Below are positions 12,435 through 25,500 of a DNA stretch of 64,000 bases, piece by piece; positions within the stretch are counted from its first letter, which is position 1; each line of letters starts with the position of its first letter. The stretch is from assembly GCA_965287045.1 (NCBI GenBank), contig OZ336880.1, forward strand, positions 43,524,001 to 43,588,000, written 5' to 3'. Source of the stretch: Carcharhinus amblyrhynchos. Its lineage: Eukaryota. The position numbers and the translations under genes were made by a program. The notes under the pieces are model-generated. The model was given only the letters and a program-made list of their open reading frames with translations. It searched no databases and was not told the origin of the DNA.

Positions 12435-13945
12435 GTAGCATGGTGGCAGGGGAGAGAAGGTGGCACTATAGTTAGCATTGTTGCCTCACAGCGCCAAGGA
12501 CCCGGCTTCAACTCTGGCCTCAGGTCACTGTCATAAGAACATAAGAATATGAGAAATAGGAGCAGGAGTAGGCCATCTAGCCCTTCGAGCCTGCCCCGCC
12601 ATTCAATAAGATCATGGCTGATCTGTCGTGGCTCAGTTCCACATTCCCGCCCTCTCCCCATAACCCTTAATCCCCTTGCCTATCAAAAACCTATCAACCC
12701 GCGTCTTAAAAATATTGAGCGAGGCAGCCTCCACCACTTCAACAGGCAGAGAATTCCAGAGATTCACCATGCTTTGAGTGAACAAGTTCCTCCTCAACTC
12801 CGTTCTAAACCGCCCCCCCTTTATCTTGAGGCTGTGCCCTTCTCTGCCTGTTGAAGTGGTGGAGGCTGCCTCGCTCAATATTTTTAAGACGCGGGTTGAT
12901 GGGTTTTTGATAAGAGAGGGGATTAAGGGTTATGGGGAGAGGGCGGGAATGTGGCACTGAGCCACGACAGATCAGCCATGACCTTATTGAATGGCGGGGC
13001 AGGCTCGAAGGGCTAGATGGCCTACTCTTGCTCCTATTTCTTATGTTCTTACTGTCCTTTCTGAGCGGGAAGAGCCTCTCCACCTCTATCCTATCCATCC
13101 CATTCAACATCTTATATGTCTCAATGAGATCTCCCCTCATTCTTCTAAACTCTAACGAGTACAAGCCTAGTTTATTCAGCCTCTCCTCATAGTTCAACCC
13201 CCTCAACTCCAGAATCAGCCTAGTAAACCTCCTCTGCACTCCCTCCAAGGCCAAAATATCCTTGCGTTAGTGCGGCGACCAAAACTGCACACAGTACTCC
13301 AGCTGCAGCCTCACCAGTGCCCTATACAGCTGCAGCAAGACCTCCCTACTTTTATATTCAATCCCCCTCGCTATGAAGGCCAGCATCCCATTCGCCTTCC
13401 TGACCACCTGCTGCACCTGCAGGCTGGGTTTTTGCGACTCATGCACAAGGACCCCGAGGTCCCTCTGCACCGTAGCATGCTGCAGTTTTTTGCTATGTAA
13501 GTAATAGTCCTTCCTACCATTATTCCTACCAAAGTGGACAACCTCACACTTGCCAACATTAAATTCCATTTGCCAGTTCCTGGCCCATTCACCCAGCCTA
13601 TCTAGATCCTTCTGCAGACTCTCCACACCCTCCGCACAATTTGCCGTTCCACCAATCTTGGTGTCATCAGCAAATTTCAACACCATACACTCGGTTCCCT
13701 CCTCCAGATCATCTATATAAATGGTAAATAGCTGAGGCCCCATTGTCATTGTGGAGTTTGCACATTCTCCCTGTGTCTGCATGGGTTTCCTCCGGGTGCT
13801 CCAGTTTCCTCCAAAGACGTTCGGATTAGGTTAATTTGCTATGATAAATTGCCCCTTCGTGTCAGGTAGATTAGCAAGGTAAATATGGGGGTTAAGGGCC
13901 TGGGTGAGATGGGCCAAATGGCCTCCTGCACTGTGGGAATTCTCT
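12435..13945 (+). mobile_element. HE1-type SINE split by a CR1 insertion (parts ~12435-12531 and 13742-13945)
   Basis: Head GGTGGCACTATAGTTAGCATTGTTGCCTCACAGCGCC..GGTCACTGTC resumes as TGTGGAGTTTGCACATTCTCCC..GGCCTCCTGCACTGTGGGAATTC. Confidence 0.88.
12532..13741 (-). mobile_element. Young CR1 LINE 3' fragment containing an inverted second copy of the 3' end (12841-13050, +)
   Basis: Minus-strand ORF2 breaks at 12840 and resumes at ~13051 with ~8 bp lost. Premature stop at 13267. Candidate TSD CACTGTCAT (12526-12534) / CATTGTCAT (13741-13749). Confidence 0.92.
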
Positions 13946-14072
13946 GAAACAGGTCATGTTGGTTTCATTCTCCCCCTTCCCTCACTCCCCCCTCACCCAT
14001 ACCCAAACACACCATGTCTGATTGACCTTTCTACAGACGAAGTACTGTGGTGACCAAAGTAAGCAATGTGTT

Positions 14073-15303
14073 TAAGAGCATAAGAACTTAAGAAATAGGA
14101 GCAGGAGTAGGCCATCTAGCCCTTCGAGCCTACCCTGCCATTCAAAAAGATCATGGCTGATCTGAAGTGGATCAGTTCCACTTTCCTGCTCTCTCCCCAT
14201 ATCCCTTAATTCCCTTGTCTGTCAAAAACCTATCTACCCATGACTTAAATATATTTAGCGAGGCAGCCTCCACCACTTCAACGGGCAGAGAATTCCAGAG
14301 ATTCACTACCCTTTCAGTGAAGAAGTTCCTCCTCAACTCCGATCTAAACTGCACCCCCCCCCCCCTTATCTTGAGGCTGTGCCCTCTAGTTCTGCTATCC
14401 TTTCTAAGCAGGAAGAATCTCTCTACCTCTACCCTATCCATCCCCTTCATTATCTTATATGTCTCTATAAGATCCTCCCTCATCCTTCTAAACTCCAACG
14501 AGTACTGACCTAATCTATTTAGTTTCTCCTCATAGTCTAACCCCCTCATCTCCAGTATCAGCCTAGTGAACCTCCTCTGCACTCCCTCCAAGGCCAAAAT
14601 ATCCTTCCGCAAGTCCGGTGACCAAAACTGCACACAGTATTCCAGCTGCGGCCTCACCAGGACCCTGTACAGTTGCAGCAAGACCTCCCTGCTTTTATAT
14701 TCTATCCCCCTCACTATAAAGGCCAGCATACTATTCGCCTTCTTGATCACCTGCTGCACCTGCAGACTGGGTTTTTGCGACTCATGCACAAGGACCCCCA
14801 GGTCCCTCTGCACTGTAGCATGCTGCAGCTTTTCGCCCTTTAAATAGTAATCCCTCCTACTATTATTTCTGCCAAAGTGGATAACCTCACACTTGCTAAC
14901 ATTATACTCCATCTGCCAGGTCCTCGCCCACTCGCTCAGTCTATCCAGATCCCTCTGCAGACTTTCCACACTCTCCGCGCAATTTGCTTTTCCACTCGTC
15001 TTCGTGTCATCAGCAAATTTCATCACCCTACACTCACTCCCCTCCTCCAGATCATCTATATAAATGGTAAATAGCTGAGGCTCCAGCACCAATCCCTGCG
15101 GCACTCCACTAGTCACCAACCGCCAATCAGAATAGCACCCATTGATAACAACTCTCTGCCTCCTATTAGACAACCATTCCTCTATCCACGCTAACAACTT
15201 ACCCCCAACTCCATGTCCCCTAACCTTCTGATGCAACCTTTTGTGAGGCATCTTATCAAACACCTTTTGAAAATCTAGAAACACCACATCCACCGGTTTC
15301 CTG
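14073..15303 (-). mobile_element. CR1 LINE 3' fragment, sister subfamily
   Basis: ORF 14172-15389 is RT homologous from PVDVVFLDFQKVFDK onward, with KFADDTK; family 3' UTR and tail present. Several diagnostic differences from the 4390 and 22521 copies. Confidence 0.95.
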
Positions 15304-15399
15304 CTTGGAACCTGATTAATTATGCATCGGTGAGCCATTCTCCAAATTACATGGTAGGGTAGGCACTGATACATCTGCCCTGCCCTCATCTTACAGAGT

Positions 15400-16910
15400 C
15401 ACTCTCTGCAGCTCACCTGTCTGGTCTGGATTCCCTGGGATAGCTACAAAGGAAAGAATCTATGAACCCCAAGATTCAGCCATGACTCCCTAGTGGCTCT
15501 CCTCAACATGATCCACAAACATTGTGATGTCTTCTTCCCATGTTATGGATACAGGAAGTCCAGCAACCTCGCCAGCCTGGAGGTGGTTGCAGAGGGCACA
15601 TGTGCCACTGGGATCGAAGAAAATGCCTTGCAGTGCAGGAAGAGGATAAATGATCTAATCCACACTCCAGGGTAAGGCACCCTTCTGCTCACTCCAAACT
15701 CATTCTCTCATAATGCAATCATGCCCTCAAAGGGTTACACTCCTCAGGGATCTCAAGTTATTAATGGAGAAAACATCAGCACTAAATGTCTCACCTACCC
15801 CTTAACATCATCACCTCTCATCTATCAGCATGCACAAACACCATCTTCAGCTCTTACAGGGGAGGACTTGGCAAACACAGCAACCCTGCATATTTCCCAA
15901 CCTCTACTCCAAACATTCTCACTCTATCACCTATTTGTCTTTTTGTAGGCCAAGCTAGCCCACAACAGGAGAGCGGGAAATTGGACGAGAGGAGAATCCA
16001 GGAGTTCAATCCCGTCAAGGAGAATGCTGCCGAGCTGGTGGGGGGTGGGGGGGCACAGGGATCGCTAGCTCCTGTGGCAAAGATGAGATCACCTCACCCA
16101 GTATAGATGAACCATCATCAATCCTGAAATTCACAGTCAGTGCTATGCTCAGTGCTATTGCCTCTCTATTACAGGCAGCAGCAGCAGCAGCTGCAAGTCC
16201 AGCCAGCCCATCAGCCACAGCCTACTTCAGATGAGGATCCATTTGAAGAAGACCCATCATTGCACTGAGCTGTACCCTCCACCAGCCAGAGAAACAAACC
16301 TCTAGCTCCAGATTAGGCTCACTTTGTGGAGAACACCTCATTGACATATCTCCACAGCAGCTGGAGGCAATGACAACCCAGGTCTCTGGCACTTTTGATG
16401 GAGACCAGACACCTGCTGATTCCAAGTTACATAGAAATGGCTGTTGCTCACAAGCTGGGGGTACATAGACAGTAGTTGAATATCAGGCAGAGCTGAGAGA
16501 GATAGTCAACAGACAAGCGAAGGATGGAGGAGACCATCCTTGTTCTATCTGATGAGATAGCTCTGATTTGCGAGCGCCTCCATGTCTCCACGGAAGCCTT
16601 GGTCCAGCAGGTCATGCGTGGTTTGTACTTAGATCTGCATTTCATTGCTCTAGATTTAAGTGGGATCCTTTAGTGGCTCAGAGTCACAATTGAAGTGAAG
16701 TAAATCAATGATATGTGAGTGCCAGTGGAGTTCCTGACATGGGTTAACGGGAAGGTTGATCACCATTAGGGCCAGCACAGAAGTGCTGCAGGGAAATTTC
16801 TGAATTGTTTTCCTGATAGTGGAAATCCGGCTTTTGGTGTCACTCTGAATTTTCCATTCCCAAGTGCCACGTAACCTGCCACTGGTGGCACTGAATAATT
16901 CCACCCAATA
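15400..16910 (+). mobile_element. Fossil PIF/Harbinger element, spliced Myb/SANT-like gene remnant
   Basis: PRFSHDSLVALLNMIHKHCDVFFP...EVVAE...QCRKRINDL (15468-15660), donor GTAAGG at 15672, acceptor TTTTTGTAG ending 15948, then AKLAHN as in Harbinger Myb-like ORFs. Boundaries approximate. Confidence 0.65.
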
Positions 16911-18699
16911 TCTTGGTCCCCTCACTCCAACAGTGTTCCATTCACGATGCCCCGTCCCCCACTGCCACTCCTACTTGACATTTACTCCTTGACTTTCTCA
17001 GCCTGAAAATCCTGCCCAACTCTACCATCATTTTCATTAATGTACTTCCAGGAGTTGCAAACTGCCAAATGTTTTACGGGTACACTACATCTGTACTCCA
17101 AATCAAACTGGGTATTTAAACAAGAATATTTAAACTAATATGATCTAAGCTCTGGGACTAAAATCACTTTCTGATAACAGAAGGTGTGCTCTGTAACAAT
17201 TGTTAAACTTATTAATTGATGAGAAGTTGCTGCTTGACACAGCTGGCTATTCCATTAGTTTCCAGTCATTGACATTCACCAACAAGCCTGGATTTCACAC
17301 TCAGTGAGTAGTCAGAGGTTTTCATTGGTTTCAATCTAGTCCGCACTAGATTCAAAGCTACAGCTGATCTGAATGTGACAAAAAACAAAGGAGCTTCATT
17401 TCAGTGAGACCTAGACCTGAGATTGGGACAGAGATGTATTTTCCACTGAAGCAGATGGTATCTAAGAAACTCTTGCAAAAGGATTGCTTGGCATTATTTA
17501 GGTCTGAGTTGAAACAAAGCTTCAGCAAAATGAATTGCAATCACAGGGAGCTCCCTACGCCCACCCGATAAAGGATTGCACAGTAATTGACCAGAAAATT
17601 CAAACTTCCAGCGGGCAGTTGCCCTGCACTGGGAATCATGCAATACAGATTTAAATTGCAGATTTTGCCTCGTTCCAAGTCTTACAGGAATAGTCACCCA
17701 AGAAAAGCTAAAAGAGTTAAAACAACTTCTAAGTTCTGGGTAACTATAGTACAGATGATCCCCCACACCCCGACTATCTTACTGAACCTTCCAATGGACC
17801 CTGAATACTTTCCCCACCCCTGATTATCTCCCCATCTGACTACTCTCACCAAACACCCCCTCTTCATTGCCCAACACCCTGTCCCCATTAATCAATTCCC
17901 CAACTCTCACAATGATCATATATTGGACATGTAGCACATACTCCATTTACTTGACACTAAGGCCCAATTCATTCTCCTTTGGTGTGAGTGCTGTTGGCAA
18001 GTGCTGAATGTTGCAAGTACAATTAGCTATTGGGTAGCCGGCTGTCTAATCCTTCACCTTGGAGGCCTTAAAGTAAGCTGCAGTCCCCAACTGTGTGTCC
18101 TGATAGTCATTGCTACTGAGTACTGCCACAGGAGACTCAGTAGCAATGATGTATCTTTATGCTTGCACTAAACAGATGATTGATGTCAGGTTTAATAAAG
18201 CAAACACTATCACCACCTTTTCCATGGACAACCAGAAGCAACTGGTGCTTGCAAAGTAATAAACTAGAATACTGGACACTGGCAGCATCAGTGGAGAGAT
18301 AAACAGAGGTAACATTTCAAGTCTGTTAATATATTCACAGCTTATTAAGGATAATTTTAATATGGGATTTGGGATTCAACTGTGGGTGCACAAGTTTCCA
18401 GGGATCCCTGGGATTCGCCAGGGAAAGCAAGCAAGGTGTGAAGGCAACGGTCATTAAATAAATTACAGTCAAAAATCTCCGTAATTACTGAAACCTCAAA
18501 GCTGATTTCTGACCTTGTTGTGTGAAAAGTTTTTACACTCAGTAATTGTTTTAAGAGGTGACTTTCACAGCTTTGAATGTTTAGGCATCTGATCCCCACT
18601 TCGCAACTTTGACCCATCAGGTCATAATGGGTACACTTATGCTGCATTGGCTTGGACCTCAAGTGAAGACCAAGATGACAAGCAGCACCAGGAGAGGCA

Positions 18700-20545
18700 G
18701 TAACATCAGCAGCAGCCTTCTCCCCACAGGAGAAGGAAATGAGTAGAAAGACAGATCTCACAAGTGGTGATACCCACAACACAGCAGAGGATCTTTGAGA
18801 GATTGGAACACCGTGTCTCAGGAGGCTCAAGGTCTTGAGTCATGTGGTTGCAGATAATGTGCAGCCTGTTGGAAGATAATTATCTGGATCTGGCAGTCAC
18901 ACTTTACCAGAGGCTGTCAAAGTCACTACCACACTCAACCTCTTTGCCTTTGGCTCGATCCAGGTGTGCCAGGGGAGATGTGAAAGATCTCACAGTCAAT
19001 CACCCATAAATGTATAGGACTGATGCCATGTTTGCCAAGGCTGGCAATTATGTGCACTTTGCAATTATGCCAGTCAGGATGGGCAGGCACTGGATTTTGT
19101 GACTCAAGTTGGCTTCCTGCAGGCACTGAGCACCATTGACCTCACACAGCAGACAATCTGGAAACCCCAGAACAACAAGGGATATCCACTTACAATGTGG
19201 CCGATGACACATTCAGCCAATTAGGCCCAGGACTGATATAATGAAAGTTATAGACACGTCATCAAATAAGCCAAAAACAAGCTGAAGATGCTCCTCGGGT
19301 GCTTGGACAAATGTAGAGGCGCCCTTCACTTCACAGCAGCCAGGGTCTCCAGAATGATTGTAGACATTGGACAACATTGCACAGCAGGAGGAGCAAAGCA
19401 CAGAATCTCTTCACAGGGGAAAAACATGGCCAATACATCAACCATGATGTACAATGCCATCCAGGGTGTCCACACAGTGACAAGGTTCAGTTAGGTTTCA
19501 TCAGTGCCCATTTGGCAATAATATCTAAACCCACTTCCTCCCCATCCATTCCACCCCCCAACTTTCCAAATATTAAAAAGTTCTGAAATGAACCAGGCAG
19601 TTCTTTCACAGCACCCCTATTGCTCGGCATTCTGTTTCAATATATCATTCATCACAAAGTGAAAAGGTCATTCAACATGCACAGCCAAAAGCAGACAAGG
19701 CAGGACAGTGTGGGGGAAAAACCAGAAATTTAACTATGTAAAATAGTGTTACACACTCACAAGCATACTCTGGTGCAACTACAAACTTTTACTCTTCCTC
19801 TTCCTACCAATTTTACGTAGTTCGATCCCTGGGGCTTTAGCAGAAGTAGAGGCAGGCTGCTCAGGTCCCTGTCAAAATGCTAAGCTGTCCATAGCCAATG
19901 TCTTTGGGGATTTTCAGCCCATGAGGGCTCTGCCAAAGACTGACCTCAGCTCTGTGTCTCTCCTTGGTGTTCTCTGCTCCACCTCCCCCTTGCAGGGTAG
20001 AAAAGAGACCAATGAGTGAAGACCATGGAATGTGTTGAACAAATGAATAGGCAACATTTGTTGAGCATCTGTGAAGAGGAAACCTGGTGTTGTCAAACTT
20101 TTTACTAAGAAGAAACTCAACATTGCCTAAGGATAGAGCTCAGTGAGAATGCTGGATGGACAGATGGGGATGTGAGGAAAAGCATAGACAGACACCAACA
20201 TCATAAGTTAGTGTGAGAGGCAATGAGCTGGAGTAGGCTTGAGGAGGCAGAGTAAAAAGGTTGGTGTGATTTACATGTCAGCATGTAGTTGAATGTATCC
20301 CAGTACTCACATTTCCTGCTTTAATGAGGCCATTAAACCACTTCCTGCACTGAGCCAGGAGCATTTTAACACAATCCTGCTACTCATCTCATAATCCACC
20401 GCCTCGTCACACCATCTTTCTTTCACTGCTATGTTTCTTCCCCCTGCTATTAGGGAACGATATCTCCTTGTGGACCAGCATCACCTCCAGAGAGACATTA
20501 CCAAAGTGAAGCAGGGACTTGGAATGTTGGAACCCTATTCTAACA
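18700..20545 (+). mobile_element. Fossil PIF/Harbinger element: DDE transposase remnant (+) converging on a Myb/SANT remnant (-)
   Basis: Plus-strand fragments AVKVTTTLNLFAFGSIQ (18913-), GFLQALSTIDLTQ (19111-19149; cf. GFP..GAIDCTH) and LKMLLGCLDKCRGALHF (cf. LKMRFRCLD.SGG.LQY). Minus-strand QCRKWFNGLIK followed by a GTGAGT donor (20305-20352). Confidence 0.75.
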
Positions 20546-20579
20546 GTTCTGTTCTATTCTCCTACCTTCAGAATCCATT

Positions 20580-20840
20580 TACACAAAAGCAAAATTGCAG
20601 ATGTTGGAAATCTGAAATTAAAAACAGAAAATGCTGGAAATACGCAGTGAGCCGGACAGCATCCATAAAGAGAAAACAGATAAGATTTTTAATGGCCTCG
20701 CTCATCTAGAAACTGTAAAATCTTGCCCAAGTCAATGGACCTTCCCATGGTCCGCTCCTTGCCCGCTCTTATTCCCGTGATGGGTGGGCTGGGAAAATTC
20801 CGGCCAACATTTCAGGTCAATGATCTTTAAACAGAACTGG
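20580..20840 (-). mobile_element. Short Penelope-derived repeat interrupted by a Harbinger-type MITE fragment (~20683-20805)
   Basis: AAAACAGAAAATGCTGGAAATAC..GCATCC..GAGAAAACAGA resumes as AACATTTCAGGTC. The insert ends in GGAAAATTCCGGCC. Related copies at ~18255-18325, 29450-29575 and 44024-44118. Confidence 0.6.
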
Positions 20841-22329
20841 AACCATCCTACATACTGGAGTTGAAATCACCACTCGTGGGTTGTCATCAATAATTGTCCT
20901 ACCTACTTAGTTCAGAAACCCGGGAGTTGGATTGAAATGTAGTGGCTAGGTTAAAAAGCCACTGACTAACAAGTTGCACTTGCCTCTTGGTTCCTCGTGT
21001 TATCAGATCCACATCTCACCCCCACCTTCCTCTGCTCCAAGAATATCTTCAAATGAAAATACTTTTTAAAAGGGCAGGAGTAAATAGAGCTGGGATATCT
21101 AAACTAAATCAGAGGGTGAGATTGGTCATCTGGAAGATTAACTTTCCTCAGAGGATGACTGACCAGTATTTGAGAGAAGATAATGAAAATCAATTCTTTA
21201 TAGGCCTTGAAGAAAGCAATGGACTTCTCAGGGAAACAAAAAATCACAAGTACGTATGGAAGAGTGAATCATTCTGGAAAATAATTAAGTGGTTTTGAGA
21301 CTCTTGAGATTTGCTTGATCACCCATGAGTGGTCAGAGGAGCTTTTGACAGAGAACTCCTTAATTAGATTACAGCTTTCTGTTTTTGCCTCCCCCAGGTG
21401 ATTGAGGCAAGAGAGGAGGGATCCCCAAAACTTGAAGCAAGGGTTTGTATTTGAGGCTGCTCTTACGGGAGGCGTGGTGTGAGCATTTATGGGCATTTTC
21501 TGACCATGTAAAGAAGAATCTTTGAGAATCCTACAGTTCATAGCAACAGTTCAAAAAGTATAATAGTGCAGCATGAGAAACTCAGCACTTTTACTTGTAA
21601 TACCTGATAAATCCAATGCTTTAATTCAGCCATTCTGAAATGTGTGGTAATAATACTGGCCTAGAAATAGAGCACGCTAATGAGTCTCTAGAAGTGTGCA
21701 CCAGTACAGGGAATTGACTCCTGCATGTCAAGATTCTTTTATCACACAATACCGCTAACAAGGTTTTTTTTAAAAAAGTCCATCAGGACTTGCAACGACA
21801 ATGCTGCCATCAATGTGCCAAAGTCTATCTGTAACAAGAGTTCTCAAGCAAGATTTTACTCCCATTATCTAGTTGCTAAATGATTTTAGCACCATAGTAA
21901 GTGACACTGACTATTTATGGCAAGAAAAAGTAGTGACATTCTATTCCCCTCCTGTGGCAGCAAATGCCAAGATTTTTTGAGAGATTTTTCTGCACTGACC
22001 TATTGGGAATATTGATTAGCAAAGTTTTACACGACTGTAACAGGGAATACCAGTGGGCATCCAAAAGCTTTGGCACTGGTGAACTAGCGGTTTGGTTTTT
22101 GAGAGTTGCATTGGCAGCAGCATGGGAGTAGGCTATAAATCATCTGTCAAGATGGTCCTTTTGACTAAATATGCTACTTAGAAGAGAGTACTGATATCAC
22201 TGTGAATGAATGTACTTTGTGCTGGAGAAGTGAGTCCTAATGACTAGGAAGGTCCTTGGGCTACTCTGAGTTAGACTGTGTCCACCTTGATTTTAATGTT
22301 AGAACATGCAGTGTCAAAAAAATGAGCAG

Positions 22330-22518
22330 GTAGGTGGGTTGACCATGCTAAATTGTCCCTTAGTATCCAAAAATATGTGTAGGTTAGGTGGATTAGCCAT
22401 GATAAGTGTGTGGGGAGGGCCTGGGTAGGTTGCTTTTTAGGAGGCTCTGCAGACTCAGTGGGTCAAATGGTCTCTTTCTGCACTGTAAGTATTCTGTGGG
22501 TTCTGTAGGAATTCTATG
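22330..22518 (+). mobile_element. HE1-type SINE 3' half
   Basis: GGTTAGGTGGATTAGCCATG...GCAGACTCAGTGGGTCAAATGGTCTCTTTCTGCACTGTAAG..ATTCTATG. Confidence 0.8.
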
Positions 22519-22520
22519 TT

Positions 22521-25500
22521 AATAAGAACATAAGAACATAAGAAATAGGAGCAGGAGTAGGCCATCCAGCCCTTCGAGCCTGCCCCGCCATTCAATAAGA
22601 TCATGGCTGATCTGTCGCTGCTCAGTTCCACTTTCCCGCCCTCTCCCCATAACCCTTAATCCCCTCTCCTATCAAAAACCCATCAACCCGCGTCTTAAAA
22701 ATATTTAGCGAGGCAGCCTCCACCACTTCAACGGGCAGAGAATTCCAGAGATTCACCACCCTTTGAGTGAAGAAGTTCCTCCTCAACTCCGTTCTAAACC
22801 GCCCCCCTTTTATCTTGAGGCTGTGCCCCCTAGTCCTATTGTCTTTTTTGAGCGGGAAGAGTCTTTCCACCTCTATCCTATCCATCCCATTCATCATCTT
22901 ATACGTCTCAATGAGATCTCCTCTCATTCTTCTAAACTCTAACGAGTACAAGCCCAGTTTATTCAGCCTCTCCTCATAGCTCAACCCCCTCAACTCCGGT
23001 ATCAGCCTAGTAAACCTCCTCTGCACTCCCTCCAAGGCCAAAATATTTTTGCGCAGGTGCGGCGCCCAAAAATGCACACAGTACTCCAGTTGCGGCCTCA
23101 CCAATGCCCTATACAGCTGCAGCAAGACCTCCCTACTTTTATATTCAATCCCCTTCGCTATGAAGGCCAGCATCCCATTCGCCTTCCTGACCACCTGCTG
23201 CACCTGCAAGCTGGGTTTTTGCGACTCATGCACAAGGACCCCGAGGTCCCTCTGCACCGTCGCCTGCTGCAGTTTTTTGCCTCGTAAGTAATAGTCCTTC
23301 CTACCATTTTTCCTACCAAAGTGGACCACCTCACACTTGCCAACATTAAATTCCATTTGCCATTTCCTGGCCCATTCGCCCAGCCTATCTAGATCCTTCT
23401 GCAGACTCTCCACACCCTCCGCACAATTTGCCGTTCCCCCAATCTTGGTGTCATCAGCAAATTTCGACACTCTACACTCGGTTCCCTCCTCCAGATCATC
23501 TATATAAATGGTAAAAAGCTGAGGCCCCAGCACCGACCCCTGGGGCACTCCACTAGTCACCATCCGCCAATCCGAATAGCACCCGTTGACCCCCACTCTC
23601 TGCCTCCTATTTGACAACCAATCCTCTATCCACGCTAACACCCTACCCCCAACTCCATGTCCCTCGACCTTCTGCAATAACCTCTTGTGAGGCACTTTGT
23701 CAAACGCCTTCTGAAAATCTAGAAAGACCACATCCACCGGCTCTCCTCTATCTACCGCCCTAGACACATCCTCATAGAACTCCAGTAAATTTGTCAGACA
23801 CGACTTCCCTTTAACGAAACCGTGCTGCGTCTGCTCTATCAAGCAATTCCCTTCAAGATGCCTCGCAATTTCCTCCTTAATGACAGATTCTAACATTTTA
23901 CCTACCACAGATGTTAAACTAACCGGCCTATAATTCCCCGCCTTTTGCCTGACACCCTTCTTAAACAACGGCGTAACATTAGCCGTTTTCCAGTCCTCCG
24001 GCACTTCCCCGGAATCCAGCGACGTTTGGAAAATAACCACCAAGGCATCCACTATCACCTCTGCCATTTCTTTCAGAACCCTCGGATGCATTCCATCCGG
24101 TCCTGGGGACTTGTCCACAATCAGCCCCTCCAGTCTGTCGAGCACCTCCTTTCTAGTAACAGTAATGTCATTAAGACCCTCCAGTCCTACCACCTTTCTA
24201 TCGCTAACACCCGGTAAATTATTCACGTCCTCCTCCGTGAAGACAGAAACAAAAAAGTTATTCAATACCTTAGCCATATCCCCATCCCCTACCACTAGGT
24301 CCCCTTTCTCATCCTCTAAAGGACCAACATTCACCCTAGCCAGCCTCTTCCTTTTTATATATTTATAAAAACTCTTGCTATCCTTTTTTATATTAAGCGC
24401 TAGCCCAGCTTCATAGTTTCTCCTACCCTTCCTTATCAACTTCTTTGTCAATCTTTGTTGACATTTAAACCTCTCCCAATCCTCTTCTCGCCCACTACTC
24501 TTAGCTACTCTAAATTCCTCCGCTTTTAGTTTAACACTTTCCTTCACCTCCTTTGTTATCCATGGCTTATTACCTCTCCTCCTACTATTCTTTTTGACCA
24601 TCGGAATAAATTTCCGTTGAGCACCAAGAAAGATCTCCTTAAAGATCCTCCACTGCTCCTCAACAGACCCTCCCTCCAATGCGCTCTCCCAGTCCACATT
24701 CGCCAATTCTTCTCTCATCCTACCGTATTTCCCTCTATTCAAACAAAGGACGCGTGTCCGGGACCCACTTTCTCCTCCTCCATCTGCACCAGAAACTCCA
24801 CCATACAATGATCACTCTCCCCAAGAGGATCCTTCACCACAAGGTCCCTAATTCTACCTGCTTCATTACATAGCACCAGATCCAAGATAGCTCGCTCCCT
24901 CGTCGGCTCCAACACACACTGTTCGAGGAAACCATCCCGGCAGCATTCCAAGAACTCTTCCTCGAGCCCCCCACGTTCAACATGGGTCGACCAATCAATA
25001 TGCAGATTGAAATCACCCATAACTACGGCCGTCCCATTCCTGCACGCCGCACTTATTTGCGCGTTAACAGCCCGCCCCATATCCAGATCATTATTCGGGG
25101 GCCTATAGACGACACCCACCAGCGTGTTCCTCCCTTTGCTGTTCCTAATCTCCACCCACAACGATTCCACCCTCTGCTCCTTGGCTCCAATATCATCCCT
25201 TGCTATCACCGTGATGCTATCCTTAATCAGCAGAGCTACGCCCCCCCCTTTTCCCTCCTGCCTATCCTTCCTAAACACTTGATAGCCCTGTACATTCAGC
25301 TCCCAGTCCCTGTCACCCTGCAGCCACGTCTCTGTAATGGCCACCAGATCGTATCCATTTGTGTCGATCTGCGCCATCAGCTCATCCACTTTATTCCGAA
25401 TGCTTCGTGCATTCAGATAAAGTGCTTTCATCCCAGCCTTCACCTGGACCCTATTTGCCGCAATGCCACCAACTATACTCACGCCCCCTACTCCCTCTAT

